Below are positions 38,996-52,147 of a stretch of 64,000 bases of DNA, piece by piece. The stretch is from NCBI RefSeq assembly GCF_018350175.1, contig NC_058368.1, positions 50,903,815 through 50,967,814 on the forward strand, written 5' to 3'. Made by a program: the position numbers and the translations under genes. This stretch comes from Felis catus. Lineage: Eukaryota. Position 1 is the stretch's first letter, and each line of letters starts with the position of its first letter. The notes beneath the pieces were generated by a model. It was given only the letters and a program-made list of their open reading frames with translations, was not told where the DNA came from and did not search any database.

Positions 38996-39399
38996 AGGCT
39001 CTCACGATGTGCTCCTACACACATACACACCACTCCCCCATTACTAGCTGCCTCACTTTCAATCCCCTGACAAGGGAGTGTGGTCTGGCCCGCCACTGGC
39101 AGCTCTTCCCTCAATTCCTGGTCATTGGGAACAACCTGAGCATCTGTCAGTTGAAGACTCCTTTCCCTGCCAATGGCCATCATGGATAGAATATAAGATG
39201 AACCAACTGCACTTTTCATAGATCTGGTCCTCAGGGAAAAATGCACCATAGAAACTATCAGTGGAAATCTAATTATTTCCTGTTTTACCCAGGCTTCCCC
39301 CAAAAGGAGACTCTGAATCAAGGGCTTCTGTATGAGCACTTAATTTGGGATTGTGATCCCAAGCAACAGGAGTGAAGAATGAGGGGATGAAATGGGGAT

Positions 39400-39840
39400 G
39401 TGGTATTAGTTTCATGTGACTGCTATGTCTTAAAAGAGTACAGATTTATCTTCCTATAGTCCTGGGAGGTCGGAAATTTGAAATGTGTCTTAAGGGCTGA
39501 AATCACAGGGTTGGTAGAGCTGGTTTCTTTTGAAGTCTCTGAAAATAAAATCCATTCCCTTGGTTTTTGTTTCACATTCTAGAGAATGCCAGAATTCCTG
39601 AGCTTGTGACCCCTTTCTCACATCACTCCAACCTCTTGATTCCAACGTCACACCTTGTACTATCCCTAACTGTACTGCGTTTTTCTCATAAGACCTTTGT
39701 GATGATATTTGGCCCGTCCAGATAACCCAGTATACTCTACCTATCTCGAAATCCTTAATCACATCTAGAAAGTCTCTTGTGCCATATACGATAACATATT
39801 TACAGATCCCAGGGTAAGAATGGGACCATCTTCAAGCTGT
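39400..39840 (-). mobile_element. MaLR LTR (MLT1C/D-like), probably nested in an older LTR relic (about 39280-40000)
   Basis: gtattagtttcatgtgactgct...aagggctgaaatcac...aaatccttaatcacatct...ataacatatttacagatcccagg. Confidence 0.7.
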
Positions 39841-40437
39841 CACAGACACACTGGCCACTGCTATGGACACTTCACTCCTGCAGAACATTCTAAGCAGTCC
39901 TACAATATTCATCTCAGAACTAGCCACTTAGGGGAAGAAAGAGAGACAAGTTATCTGGCAGCACCCAGCCCCTGTTGAGCAAGATTGTCTCCAGGGCGTT
40001 AACTCCCACAAGCCACATCTCATGAGGGGTATTGGAGTGAGGAAAGAGAAAACCTTTAAAAAGCCTAAAAAGGAAAAATCAGAATTCATCTCTAATGACT
40101 ACTAGAAGGAACTGATACAGAAAGAAAGAAGCTCCAAAGACTGGACTAAAACACCAAGAAAGGCAGTTAAGGAAATTATTCTCTGCATACCTAGAATCAG
40201 TTCTTACTGAGAGTTCAAACTCTTCTCCGAACACAGGAGGGATAGAACATTTGAGTCCTGACCTAGCATATTTCTAAAATGCCACCAGAGTGATAGAATC
40301 AGGAGGTAAACAACATAAGTTATTGAGGTCATTCATGTTCCCAAGGACAACCACGCTTTAACGTGCAGGCACCTGGACTTGTAGAAAACATTAGGGCTGA
40401 CTTCACTTTTCCACCATAACAGAAATGGAAGAAAAGT

Positions 40438-40670
40438 GGGGCGTCTGGGTGGCTCAGTCAGTTGAGCGACCAACTTCGGCTCAGGTCATGATCTCACAGT
40501 TCGTGGGTTTGAGCTCCGTGTCGGTCTCTGTGCTGACAGCTCAGAGCCTGGAGGCTGCTTCTGATTCTGTGTCTCCCTCTCTCTCTGCCCCTCCTCCACT
40601 CATGTTCTGTCTCTTTCTGTCTCAGAAATAAATAAACCTTAAGAGAAATTTTAAATAAAAAATAAAGAAA
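40438..40670 (+). mobile_element. Can-SINE
   Basis: TSD agaaatggaagaaaagt. Confidence 0.96.
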
Positions 40671-40759
40671 AGAAATGGAAGAAAAGTAACTGTGTCTGGA
40701 GCTGGTTAGTAGTGCAAAGAGCAACATTGCCTCACTGATAATCAAGAGTATAAACCAAG

Positions 40760-41160
40760 AATTATGCTGTCTCACTTATCAGACAGGCAAAGATTAAAAG
40801 GAGAAAACAGATACAGTTTTGGAGAGAGGATGAGAAAATAAGCATTCTGACAATTTCTTGGGAAGCATGAATTGATAGTTTTCTGAGGGGGAATCTGGCC
40901 TTATCTATCAAAATATATAACAGGTGTGGGCCTTTTCTTGGAAAAAATAGCTTACAGAAATAAATAAATGAGCAAAAAAAAGTATATGAAAGCATGTTTA
41001 TTACAACATTGCTTTGAATTGGAAATCATCTAAGAAGTTGTTCTAGAAAAAAAGAAAAAGAATGAGTTAGTTCTTTATGCAAGAGGTTCCTGATACATAG
41101 AGAAACGAGCAAGTTGCAAAATAGTGGGTGCGGTGTGATCCCGTTTATATTTTACAAAAT
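40760..41160 (+). mobile_element. Ancient L1 (L1ME-like) 3' relic
   Basis: ggcaaagattaaaa...tttctgagggggaatctggc...atgtttattacaacattg...agcaagttgcaaaatag. Confidence 0.6.
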
Positions 41161-41482
41161 AGTATTTGCACGCGTGAAAGCTTAGTATGATTTGACTATC
41201 ATGTCGCATCTCTGCTACATTATGGAACCGCCTTGCATGACATCATACCTCTCCCGGGGCCACCGTGGGGTTCACAGAAGAGAAGCTTTTGCAGCTGAGC
41301 TGCTTCCTTTGTGTGACTCCCTCCTTTGCTGATGAGTAAAATGGGTGCTGAAGATGAGGAATGAATATGAGATATGTGTTAAGAGTGTGGAGAGCAATAG
41401 GAAAACCCATTCTCTTGAACAAAGCAGCATATAATCAAACGTTACATGTGCCTCATGATGTTTAGGCTTTGTTGCTATTCTT

Positions 41483-41698
41483 TTTTTTTTTTTTTTAACG
41501 TTTATTTATTTTTGAGACAGAGAGAGACAGAGCATGAATGGGGGAGGGGCAGAGAGAGAGGGAGGCACAGAATCGGAAACAGGCTCCAGGCTCTGAGCCG
41601 TCAGCCCAGAGCCTGACGCGGGGCTCGAACCCACGGACCGCGAGATCGTGACCTGGTTGAAGTCGGACGCTTAACCGACTGCGCCACCCAGGCGCCCC
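41483..41698 (-). mobile_element. Can-SINE, young (left arm of head-to-head pair)
   Basis: Full head and tail, CpG-rich. Confidence 0.97.
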
Positions 41699-41723
41699 GG
41701 TAACTCTTTTAAGAACAGCAACA

Positions 41724-41940
41724 GGCGCGCCTGTGTGGCTCAGTCGGTTAAGCGTCCGACTTCGGCCCGGGTCACGATCTCGCGGTCAGTAAGTTCGAGC
41801 CCCGCGTCGGGCTCTGGGCTGACGGCTCAGAGCCTGGAGCCTGCTTCCGATTCTGTGTCTCCCTCTCTCTCTGCCCCTCCCCCATTCATGCTCTGTCTCT
41901 CTCTGTCCCAAAAATAAATAAACGTTGAAAAAAAAAAAAA
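41724..41940 (+). mobile_element. Can-SINE, young (right arm of head-to-head pair)
   Basis: Full head and tail, CpG-rich. Confidence 0.97.
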
Positions 41941-41961
41941 AGTTACTGAAACCCCATAGGT

Positions 41962-41992
<31 letters not shown>

Positions 41993-42454
41993 CTTTAAAA
42001 TTCTAGCCTCTGTAGTTCTTCTAAACCCCTTTTCTATTAAAATATTATGTGATTTTTTTAAGACAAAATTCCTGAGGAAGACAATTACTGAACTATAGCA
42101 GGACAATTTATATACACAGTCCTAAAAACCTCAAAGGTCTGACAACTTCAGGCTAAATATGGCAGATGTTGCTGTCTTGAAAAGCCCCACTAAAATAAGA
42201 CTGGAGGAATCAAACCAATATATAAACCCATAAGGATGAAGAGAAGGTAAGAGGATACAGTAGTGAATGAAAAAGAGGTGTCAACACATTTTTGGAAGAT
42301 GGAAAAGTGTTAAGGAACCGAGAACAAGTGCCCCTGTTTGGGGGGTGGGGGGCGGGGGGAAGGCTAACAGGAAGTATATCACTTCACTCAACAAAACCCA
42401 GAAAGTCTCAGGCACCGGGGACATGGTTGACTCAAAAGGTTAAGCAAGGGATTG

Positions 42455-42522
42455 ATTGCACATTGTTGCACTATATGCTAACTAACTTGGATGTAAATTA
42501 AAAAATAAAAATAAAAATAAAA
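42455..42522 (+). mobile_element. Very short 5'-truncated carnivore L1 3' tip
   Basis: cactatatgctaactaacttggatgtaaattaaaaaataaaa; TSD gttaagcaagggattg at 42439 and 42523. Confidence 0.85.
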
Positions 42523-43555
42523 GTTAAGCAAGGGATTGCAAACAGGAGCATCTGCAGGCCTGTGCTGGGGAGTCAGACCTCTAGCCTGCATGCTCATTGG
42601 ACACATGCAGGCCATTGCTGCTGATCAGAGCTCAGAGCATGCTGCAGCTTCCTCTATGGCTCTCCTGGACACTAGGTATTGAACTCCTCCTATAAGGGAG
42701 TTAAGGGGAAGATATTCTCTGCAGGGAGAAAAACAAAAGGCTTAGGACTGCCACTGCTTCTTCGTGATCCTGGGAAAACTGCCACTATCCCAGTAGGAAG
42801 TAGGAGGAATCCAAGAGCGTGGAAAGGGCAGAGGAAAGGCTTGCCGCAACCTTCTATGGGGGAGGCCAAAGCCTTCTCCAGGGGAACGAGAATGTGGCTC
42901 CAAGACTGAGAAAGTAAAGCTGTTTCATGGGCATTATGCTAGATGATATAATGTCCCTTTGCAACTGGTTTTGTCCCAAAGCACATCCCACAGTTTTGAG
43001 AGCACTGAAAAAAGAGAAAGAGGAAAAAAAGACGATTGTCTATACCCTGGCAGAGGGGAGAAAATGTTTTGTTTTAATCTAAGATGGCTGAACACATCAA
43101 ATTTAAATTCCAGACTTATACCCACTGCAGTCAGCAGAAAGCCCTACCAAAACCGACAGCTTATTTGGGAAATACCCAAAGCAGCAAAATCCCACAGCAA
43201 GCATGCATAGATGCCTTGTCCTTGGAATCAGCAAGAAAGAAATCTGGAGATATATGGTAGTGACCACGCTTCAGTCAATATGCACAAGCCAATGAGAGCA
43301 CGGGAAAAACTGCACCCAAAACCTGTCAGAGTCATAGGAGAAATATTTTCTAAGTATGAGTTTTCTATTCAAATTTACTGAGCTCAAGAGAGGTGGACCC
43401 TATAAGAAGTGTTCCCTAAACCTGGGTAAAAAGTCTAAGACTAGTCCCAAGAAGACTCACAATCTGCAAAATTTAGTAAATTTAACTGAACTTGTTAGTG
43501 ACCGTGAACCCTGAGTCACTGGACGGCCAATATCAGGATCCATCCTGAGCCAGCT

Positions 43556-44083
43556 GTATTGGTTACCTATCACCACCATGCTGTTGCATAAACACCACCA
43601 CAAACCCCTAGTGGCTCACTGTAATAAATATTTATTTTGCTCACAAATCTATAGGCCATCTGGGTAGTCCCGCTGCTCTGGGACAGGATTAGCTGATCTT
43701 GGCTGGACTCACCCATGGATGTGCAGCCAGCTGGGGCCTGGTTCTCTAGTGTGCCCTCAGTACTCACTTGGGGTAGTTCCCATCTAATTCATGCAGTCCC
43801 TCAACCCAGCAGGCTAGCCCAGCCTTATTCTTATGAAGAAGGCTGGTGTCCAAGAGAGAAAACAGCACCCAAGGCCTCTCATGGCCAAGGCTCAGAATGG
43901 GCACATCTTCATATCTGCTGCCTTTTATTGGCCAAAGCAATTCACAACCCAGCCCAGATTCAAGGGGGGAGAGGGGAGAAGTAGACCACCTTTTCATAGG
44001 AGGTGCTAAAATGTCACATTGCAGGGAGCATGGGAACAGAGGTGGTGATAAATGAAGGCCGTTAGGGCAATTAATCTAGTACA
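43556..44083 (-). mobile_element. MaLR LTR (MLT1G/H-like)
   Basis: tgtattggttacc...gctgttgcataaacaccacc...tttattttgctcacaaatct...ttattggccaaagcaattcac. Confidence 0.7.
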
Positions 44084-44094
44084 CCAACATCTTG

Positions 44095-44358
44095 ACATAA
44101 GAAAATTAATTCTGTGAGTAAATCGAAAGAACTTGGTCAAAGGCAATATGATATCTTGGAAGAAAAAAAGGATATTAGTGAGAAAACTGCTAAAATATGA
44201 ATAAAGTCTGTATGTTAGTTAATAGTAATATTAATTTCCTCGTTCTGACAAGTTCATCATGGCTATAAGGTGTTAACAAGAGGAGAAGCGAAGTGAAGAA
44301 CACGTGGAAACTGTACTGCCTTTGCAACTTTTCGGTAGAACTAAAATTAATTCAAAAT
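44095..44358 (+). mobile_element. L1MC-like 3' end fragment
   Basis: aaaaaaaggatattagtgagaaaactg...gaataaagtctgta...ctttgcaacttttcggtagaactaaaatt. Confidence 0.75.
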
Positions 44359-44366
44359 GAATTTAT

Positions 44367-44427
44367 ATTTTTTAATGTTTATTTATTGTGTGTGTGAGAG
44401 AGAGAGAGCATGTGCAAGTGGGGAGGG

Positions 44428-44466
<39 letters not shown>

Positions 44467-44596
44467 CCCAAGCAGTCTCCGCAAGTTGTCAACACAGAGC
44501 CTAGGACGCCAGGCTGGATCTCATGTACAATGAGATCATCACCTGAGCCAAAATCAAGAGTGCGACGCTTAACTGACTGAGCCACCCAGGTGCCCC
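44367..44596 (-). mobile_element. Can-SINE
   Basis: Reverse head, (GA)n, T tail. Confidence 0.94.
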
Positions 44597-45433
44597 AAAA
44601 TAATTTTTAAAGGAGCATTATAAAAAGAATGTGGAGCACAGGCCATTTTGGGGTGCAGCACCCGAAACCGGGTGTACCACCAAGTCACAGAAAACGTTCC
44701 ATCCTGTGTTCAGAAACCCCTGTGGCCTGGGAAAATTTGGCAGCATGCAATGCATGAAAAGCCTGAGCAGGTGGCTTGGCCAGGGCCACGTCTCTGCAGA
44801 CTTCCCAGGCAATAGCCACGCTGAGCCTCGGGCTTCGGCAGGGGAGGCGCCAGGCTCAGCGGGGCAAGTGGCTGTGCCAGCCACCTCCTCCATGTGACTG
44901 ACGGGTGCAGACCCAGCTGGTGGTGGCAGTGGGAGCCAATGCCACATGGCCACAGGGCTGCAGTGTCCTTTTTAAGTGAGTGAAATCTAGACTTGGCCAC
45001 CTCCTGCTGACTGCGAGAGGGACAAATTACAATCTTCTTTGGTATGCTTGGCTCTGAGTCTAATGTGGAGACCAAATGAGACATACAAACATGTGATTAT
45101 GGTACAACATGATGAGGGCCATGGAGCCGGCCAGTTCCTCACCTGTTGTGCTCCCTTCCTTCAGGAAACCCCAGCCTTCTTCCAGGACGGTTAAGTTATA
45201 GGTGTCTTCCCCACTCCCACTTCTCTGTGCCCCAGAGGCAAGCACATGACATCTGACCCAGACCTGGTTACCCAGAGCAACCCATCCCTCTGGGCGCTGA
45301 AAGTGGTCAAGGGAGAGGCTTTCCCCCAGGTGTGCTAATCAGACCCTGTCTGTCATATTTGAGATGGGGCCTCTGGGAAAAGAAGGGTCTTTCTTTCTCT
45401 GATACTAGAAGCCGTTATAAAAAATACAGACTG

Positions 45434-45660
45434 GGGGCGCCTGGGTGGCGCAGTCGGTTAAGCGTCCGACTTCAGCCAGGTCACGATCTCGCGGTCTGTG
45501 AGTTCGAGCCCCGCGTCAGGCTCTGGGCTGATGGCTCGGAGCCTGGAGCCTGTTTCCGATTCTGTGTCTCCCTCTCTCTCTGACCCTCCCCCGTTCATGC
45601 TCTGTCTCTCTCTGTCCCAAAAATAAATAAAAACGTTAAAAGAAAAAAAAAATTTTAAAA
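45434..45660 (+). mobile_element. Can-SINE, young, inside an old MLT1-like relic (about 45100-45865)
   Basis: TSD aaaaaatacagactg. Confidence 0.97.
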
Positions 45661-46414
45661 AAAAAAATACAGACTGTCTGAAGCTAAAAACTACCAGCGG
45701 GAAGAACCAAGATACGGAGAGAGAAAATCATCACAATGTAGCTTGAACCCCTGTATACAGCCAAGCCTGAAGCCAGGGATACCTCTTGGACTTCCATATT
45801 TGTGGCCATATTCTACTTTGGGTTGGGTATTCTCTCACTTGCATCCACAAGAGCCCTGACTAATGCACAGATGAGTCCCTGCAAGTGGGGCTTGGAATTG
45901 GCAGGCAATACAATGAGGGTTTGGCTGAGAACAGAGGAGATGCCAGACAATGAAAGTGGCCTTTCATTTTCTCAGAGGACAACAGGGCTTGGTAAGTGGT
46001 AACAAAGAAGCTGGGCAGATTTTTCCTATTTGTGTTTTGGGACTCAATCCAGTTCATTTCTGTGTGTCGGGGGAATCAAATGTGATGCAGTTAAAGTGCA
46101 TTGACCATATTTCACAGCCTTTGGGACAGTCCCTAAGAGTCTCAGACCACGCTAACTCTCTGACAGCAGAAAGGGAAAGTTCCACATAGCCTCACCAAAG
46201 AGATGACTTCTTCCCCCAGCAATCTTTATGAAGATACAAAAACTGATCTTTCCATTTTAAAAGGAAGTAATATTGGGATGCCAGAAGAGCTAGAGCTCGG
46301 GGGAATCCCTATTTCCCAGGTCTTTATCAAACACCTCTGCCTATATACTCCCTTCCACCAAAAAGCTGTCATTTCCCTCTATTTAAAAAGACGTCCATTA
46401 AATTAAAAAAAAAT

Positions 46415-46643
46415 GGGGCGCCTGGGTAGTGCAGTCAGTTAAGCGTCCGACTTTAGCCAGGTCACGATCTCGTGGTCCGTGAGTTCGAGCCCCGCGTCAG
46501 GCTCTGGGCTGATGGCTCAGAGCCTGGAGCCTGTTTCCGATTCTGTGTCTCCCTCTCTCTCTGCCCCTCCCCCGCTCATGCTCTGTCTCTCTCTGTCCCA
46601 AAAATAAATAAACGTTGAAAAAAAATTTTTTAAAAATAAAAAA
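46415..46643 (+). mobile_element. Can-SINE, young
   Basis: TSD taaaaagacgtcc(a/c)tta. Confidence 0.96.
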
Positions 46644-49479
46644 TAAAAAGACGTCCCTTACAATGAACCCCACACCATCATCCCAGCCTACGATTCCAAG
46701 GACAGGGACCACAAAGCATGCTAAGAGACTTACTACCAAGAGACAGAAACTTCAAAACGAGGTTGGACTCAAGAACCATGCCACTGTATGATGGCTGGTC
46801 TTAGTAGCCAGGTCACTGAATTCCCAGAAATTGAATAGGCTGGCCTCCCTCTGAGATTTCAAGGCAGTGCTATTTCCACAGATTCACCAAGCCCTGCAAA
46901 CAGGCTTGTGATTGATTGTTCAACCCCTAAGGCAATCCCCAGGCCCCCAAACTTGCACTAAAAGAAAATGGGCTACAGTTCTCCAGCACTTCTTCCTGAA
47001 CTTTATGGGTAAATTCAAGGGAAAGATTACAGGAAGTCACATTTCAGCCTGCCTCTAGCCCAAGCCCCAATGCAGCATGATCAGCAATAAATCGGATACT
47101 GCATTTTCATCCCCATCTGGCTTGTGTCTAACCCACAACTGATTCAGAATTTGGAAGAAGGTAGGTAATTAAGCTCTGCCTCAAACCCCAATACCAGGGA
47201 GTTGGTACTTTATCCTTCAGGCTTTAGGGAACAGTAGGGACTAATCACCAGCTTCAAGTAGGTTTAAGGCAGATAAAACCTGGTGAGGGTTTTGTGAAGG
47301 GGACTGCGACAGCACGGTGGATCGGTAGGAAAAGGGCTAAGACTGCAAAAGTGAATGAAAAATTAGTTAGCAACAGCAACAGGAAAGCTCATAAAAGCTT
47401 GAACAACAGAGCTGCAACGAATATGAAGAAGCACTGAGGGACACTGAGGTTGTGCAGATGAAAATCTCACCAGTATAGGAAATACCGCAAAAGGCGTACA
47501 TCCTGTAAGAGAGCACCGAGATTAAACTTTGTGGACTGTGAATGGATACAAGTCCCTCGTTTTGTTTTTGTTGGAGGGAAGGAAGAAGCAGACAGCTGGA
47601 ATTCTATCTGAAACAGAAGGAAAGGTTTTTTAAATCCCTGTTTGTTTTACACTTGAAAAGGATTTGTCCTGAAAATTGCCAAGCTGTATAGATACTCTTA
47701 AGGGATTTTGACATGATATACACAAAAGATGCCTTGGTTAGCTTCCTGAAACGCAGCCCCCTGGGATGCAAGACTGAAGCAGGCGCTCAGGAGACACCAG
47801 GTCCACTGCACAAGGTTTTAGGTTAGATAATGAGGCTAATTGCATTCTTTCTGGGTTCTTTTTCACCTGGATGACAGCACAGTGCTAAGCAAGCCAAAAA
47901 GGATTCACCTGGCTATGGAAATATACAGACCAGAAAGACCTGAAACACACTCGTGATTTATAGAAGCTAGAAGCGATTATTACTTGCCCAAAGGAGTTTA
48001 ACATCGGTCCACTTCCTTCAATATCCCTTCCCTGGCTGGGATTCTATGGAACACTGCATTCCTCTCCACACTTTCTCTCCCCACCTTTGTCACAACCTCA
48101 TGGAAGTCTCTAAGGAGCTCTACCAGGGTGCTGAATAAACACCCACTGCTCTCTCAGGCAAATGCAAATAGATTGGGCTTAGCAGTTTTAGTTTGTCTGT
48201 CACATAGGGTCTATGGGAGGATTAAATGAAATCTTGCGGGGGTACGTGCTTAGTTTAGATCCTGGCATATAATGAGCAGTCACATATGGTGGCTAGCCCC
48301 TGCTCCATATAGCATTGAAAAATCTGGCTTTAGCTACAAAAGAACTTAGCAAGAAAACACTTTGTTGTTACAAGTATCTGGTAACCTACCCCTAATTTCA
48401 CTCTAGTCTGTACTTTTCCTCTGTTGATGCTTCTCCAGAATTTATATGTGAGAAGAATTTAGGCACATAGGTGCTTAAATTAAAAACAAAAACAAACAAA
48501 CAAACAAAACCTTGATGATAAGCAAAACACCACCCAAGCATGCGTTGGTTAAGCCCAAGATTATTATTCACTAGTAAACTTAGGCTTCCAACCCTCTACA
48601 AAGGGTAGAAATTATTTCTCATCATCAGTAGGAAGACTTAAAGTTCTTTCCCAGAAACAGCTTAGAGTTCTTTCCCCGACTTGGCCAGCTGCACTTGAAT
48701 TCAGGGTTTCCGCCCTAGAAAGAATGTGATTGTGTCCAAGTGGAATGAGTCACTGAATTCTAAGCAGAGAAGCTGTCATCTCTCTAAGAGGAGCAGTGGA
48801 GAGTTCCATTTTTATCGTAAAATAGTGCTCAAAGTGGACCAGGAAGACAGCCATCCCATATCACGTCCTCTCCTCCAGGCCTTGCAGCTCAGAGAGGAAG
48901 GGAAGCACTGACCAGAAAGAAAGAACATTTGAACATTGGCAACAGGCCACTTGGCCTCGTGGATCTACCAAGTAATCCTGGCCAAGAGAAAAGTCCTTGA
49001 GTAATGGTGTGGAACATGGAGCCCCTCGGGAATGTGCATGAAATGCTTGTTGGCTGTCTGTTGAGAGCCCGAAGCCGCACCAAGGCCTACGGCCCTGCCT
49101 GCCGCTGACAGCCTACTTCCACCTTCTTGGGACACAATCTATAAACTATGCTCTTGCTTCTGAGACTCTTCACCATCTCCCCAGCATCCGCCACGTGAAA
49201 ATGGGTTTCTGTTGAGTAGTTTGTTGGAAGACTGAAGTTTTCAGATGGACTTTTGAATATGTGAATCACCTAAGCTTTTTTTTTTTTTTTAATATCATCA
49301 CTGAGGATGAGCCCATTTAATTTTGTCAATTTAATTTTAGTTATGGGCTTCCACATAATACTTCATCGAATCATCATACCTACCTTGAGAAAGGTCAAGT
49401 CAATCATAGTAACTCCATTGGATGAAATCATATAACAGGCATGTGAAGAACACCCTCTGGAATGCAAGCTGCCCTGCCG

Positions 49480-50190
49480 GGTGCTTTGGGAAATAGAAAG
49501 CTGAGTAACACGTGGTCTCCACTCTCTAGCAGCTTTTAATCAAGAGGAAAGACAAAGCAAAGTGGGTTATGAAAAGCTTTGGGTTATGTTCCGTACACTA
49601 ATGGAAAAATATTGGAGGATTGTATACAGAAGCAGGACACAATCGTAACTGAATTTTAGAGAGCACCCCCTGCCTGCACGATGGAGAATGGATTTAAAGG
49701 GAGCAAGCAAGTCAAAAAAACGTTAGGCTACTACAATAGTCCAGGCAAGATACAAAGGAGTCTCAACCTAGTGCACAGAATACAGAGGGAATGCAGAGAA
49801 TGCATTAAAAGATTTTAATCAGGGAAAATTAGTAGGACTGATGGCAAATGATCGATTGATGAGGAATGCTGAAGGAATGTGAAAAGGAACATCACACCTA
49901 AGCCTTCAGCAGCTGGGCGGGAAGCAGTGACATTCACCATAGGAGAACATGGCAGAAATAGACAGGGGCACAGAGGCTGGGCCAGAATAAAGGAGTGTGG
50001 GAAGCCCTCAAGGAACAATGACACAATGAAGGAGGGTAGACTACACACAGCAGCATTATAGCGGACAAGGTTGGGAAAGCAGACTAGGACTGTGAATGCC
50101 AAGCATGGAGTTTAGACTTAATTCAATGAGCAATGGAGGCTTTTTAGCAGTAGAACAAGATTATAGCAGTTCTGTTGGAAAACTAAACTG
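49480..50190 (-). mobile_element. L2 relic(s)
   Basis: ttttagagagcaccccctgcctgcacgatggagaatggattt...taggctactacaatagtccaggcaaga; aatgccaagcatggagtttagacttaattc. Confidence 0.6.
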
Positions 50191-50829
50191 CTCAACGAAA
50201 AGACTCAGATTCCCAAAGGTTAAATAGTAAACACCTAGTTAGCATCAGCCATGAATCTAATATGCAGGTGTTTGGACTCCTGGTCCGTACCTTCAGAGGA
50301 GGAAGTTTTCTGGCTTCTCAAAATTCTAAGTACACACTCCTCTCCCCACGAAGTCTTTGCCCTTATTGACTCCTCCAGCCTTTACATTCAGCAGGCCAAG
50401 AGGATGGATGGTTACTTCCACTATTTCTTTAGTCCACTATTTATTAGATTGTTCTAATCACAAATACTCAAAAAATACCCATAATTGCTAAATGTAGATA
50501 ATGGTCATGCTCTTTAAGACTCCTTCAAAGGTAGGAATCTAATGGGAATTAAAAGCATGTGGAGTATTGTGGAAACAACAAAATGACTTCCAAACACAAG
50601 TTAGTATTATAATAAGAAAACAAGAGTAAGAAATAGATTTTACTAAAGTTTTATGCTGTGCTAGCAATTATTTCAGACATCATTTTGTCTTCACAAACAG
50701 CTACCTGATAGGTAAGGAGACTCAACAAACCTAGTCTCCTCACAGACACATGGCACAGTCAGAATTTAAGGACAGATCCAACTCCAGACATTCAGCTTTT
50801 AAATAGTCTGCTATTCTTGGGGCAGGGGA

Positions 50830-50989
50830 GGGCGCCTGGGTGGCTCAGTCACCTAAGTGTCTGACTTCAGCTCAGGTCATGCTCTCATGGTTCATGAGTT
50901 TGGGCCCCCAATCGGTCTCTCTGCTGTCAATGCACAGAGCCTGCTCCAGATCCTCTGTCCCCATCTCTCTCTGCCCCTCCTTCACTAGG

Positions 50990-51028
<39 letters not shown>

Positions 51029-51042
51029 AATAAATAAAAACA
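50830..51042 (+). mobile_element. Can-SINE
   Basis: TSD tttaaatagtctgctattct. Confidence 0.95.
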
Positions 51043-51389
51043 TTTAAATAGTCTGCTATTCTGCCCTTGTCAATCATTTGCTAGAGAAAGTTCAAAAGAA
51101 GCTAGAAAGAGCAAGCTAGAAATAAGCTACAGAAATACAGCTTATTTCTGTACAAGGACGACGAGCAGTGATTTTCTTGTGGCTGTGGAGGCCATTATAG
51201 CAGATAGTTGCCTGTTACCCAGAGCCACAGTGAGGACCCACCACCTCTGATAACGTTCTCACTGCAATCTTCCCTGCTATCTGGAAGAACAAGATTCTGT
51301 TACACTGGAAATAAAGATCTCGGAGGAGAACAGAATGAGAGGGGAGTGGGCTGCCATTCGTGTCGCTTATTTTAAATAAGCACTTTGAT

Positions 51390-51580
51390 GAGGCGCCTGG
51401 GCGGCTCAGTCAGTTGAACATCGTCTGACTCTTGTTTTTGGCTCAGGTCACGATCTCACTGTTTGTGGGACTGAGACCTGCGTCGGGACAACCTGCTTGG
51501 GATTCTCTCTCTCCCTCTCTCAAAATAAATAAAGAAACTTTAAAATAAATAAATAAATAAATAAACAAACAAACAAACAA
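51390..51580 (+). mobile_element. Can-SINE, internally deleted, (TAAA)/(CAAA) tail
   Basis: Head and tail readable. Confidence 0.92.
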
Positions 51581-52147
51581 ACACTGTGAGGAACAAAGAT
51601 AAGCGGGAAACTCAAGTCAACAAACGTCCACTGAGCGCACGTGCTTTATGCACACCTGGGCTTGCGTGCATGTATGTGCTGGCACAGAACTTGGGAAGGG
51701 CTGGAAAAGCAAATGGCCAGAGTCAACACGAAGCAGTGGGCTTTCCTGTTAACTTCTCAGGGCTGTTATATTCATGACACCAAATGCTGTGTGTTGGCTC
51801 TTTCATTTTACCAAGGCCCTTGGGTAGATTTTTTTTCTTCATGAATGGCATTATTTGCTAAAGCAAATTTAGTCGAGAAGTTCCCATGGGAGCAAAATGA
51901 TGAGCTTTTTAAGCGCACATTTTGTAATTTAACTTTGCCCCTACATCTCTCTTTACCATGTTCATTCATGACCAGGCAATGAACTTTAAATCCACTCCTT
52001 TCATAATCCATCTCTAGAGAGGAATGAAGGTTGGGTTTAATGAGAGGTAAGGCTCAAAGGAGAAAGCTCCTCCACTGGATTAAGCATTCATGCTAGCTGG
52101 GAAGGAATTATGGAGAAAAGGAGCCATAAGAAATACCTAATCAAGCA

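Noticed and set aside
38746..39339. 197-aa minus-strand ORF, the longest non-L1 frame
   Set aside because: It spans two LTR relics and shows no gag/pol/env or host similarity
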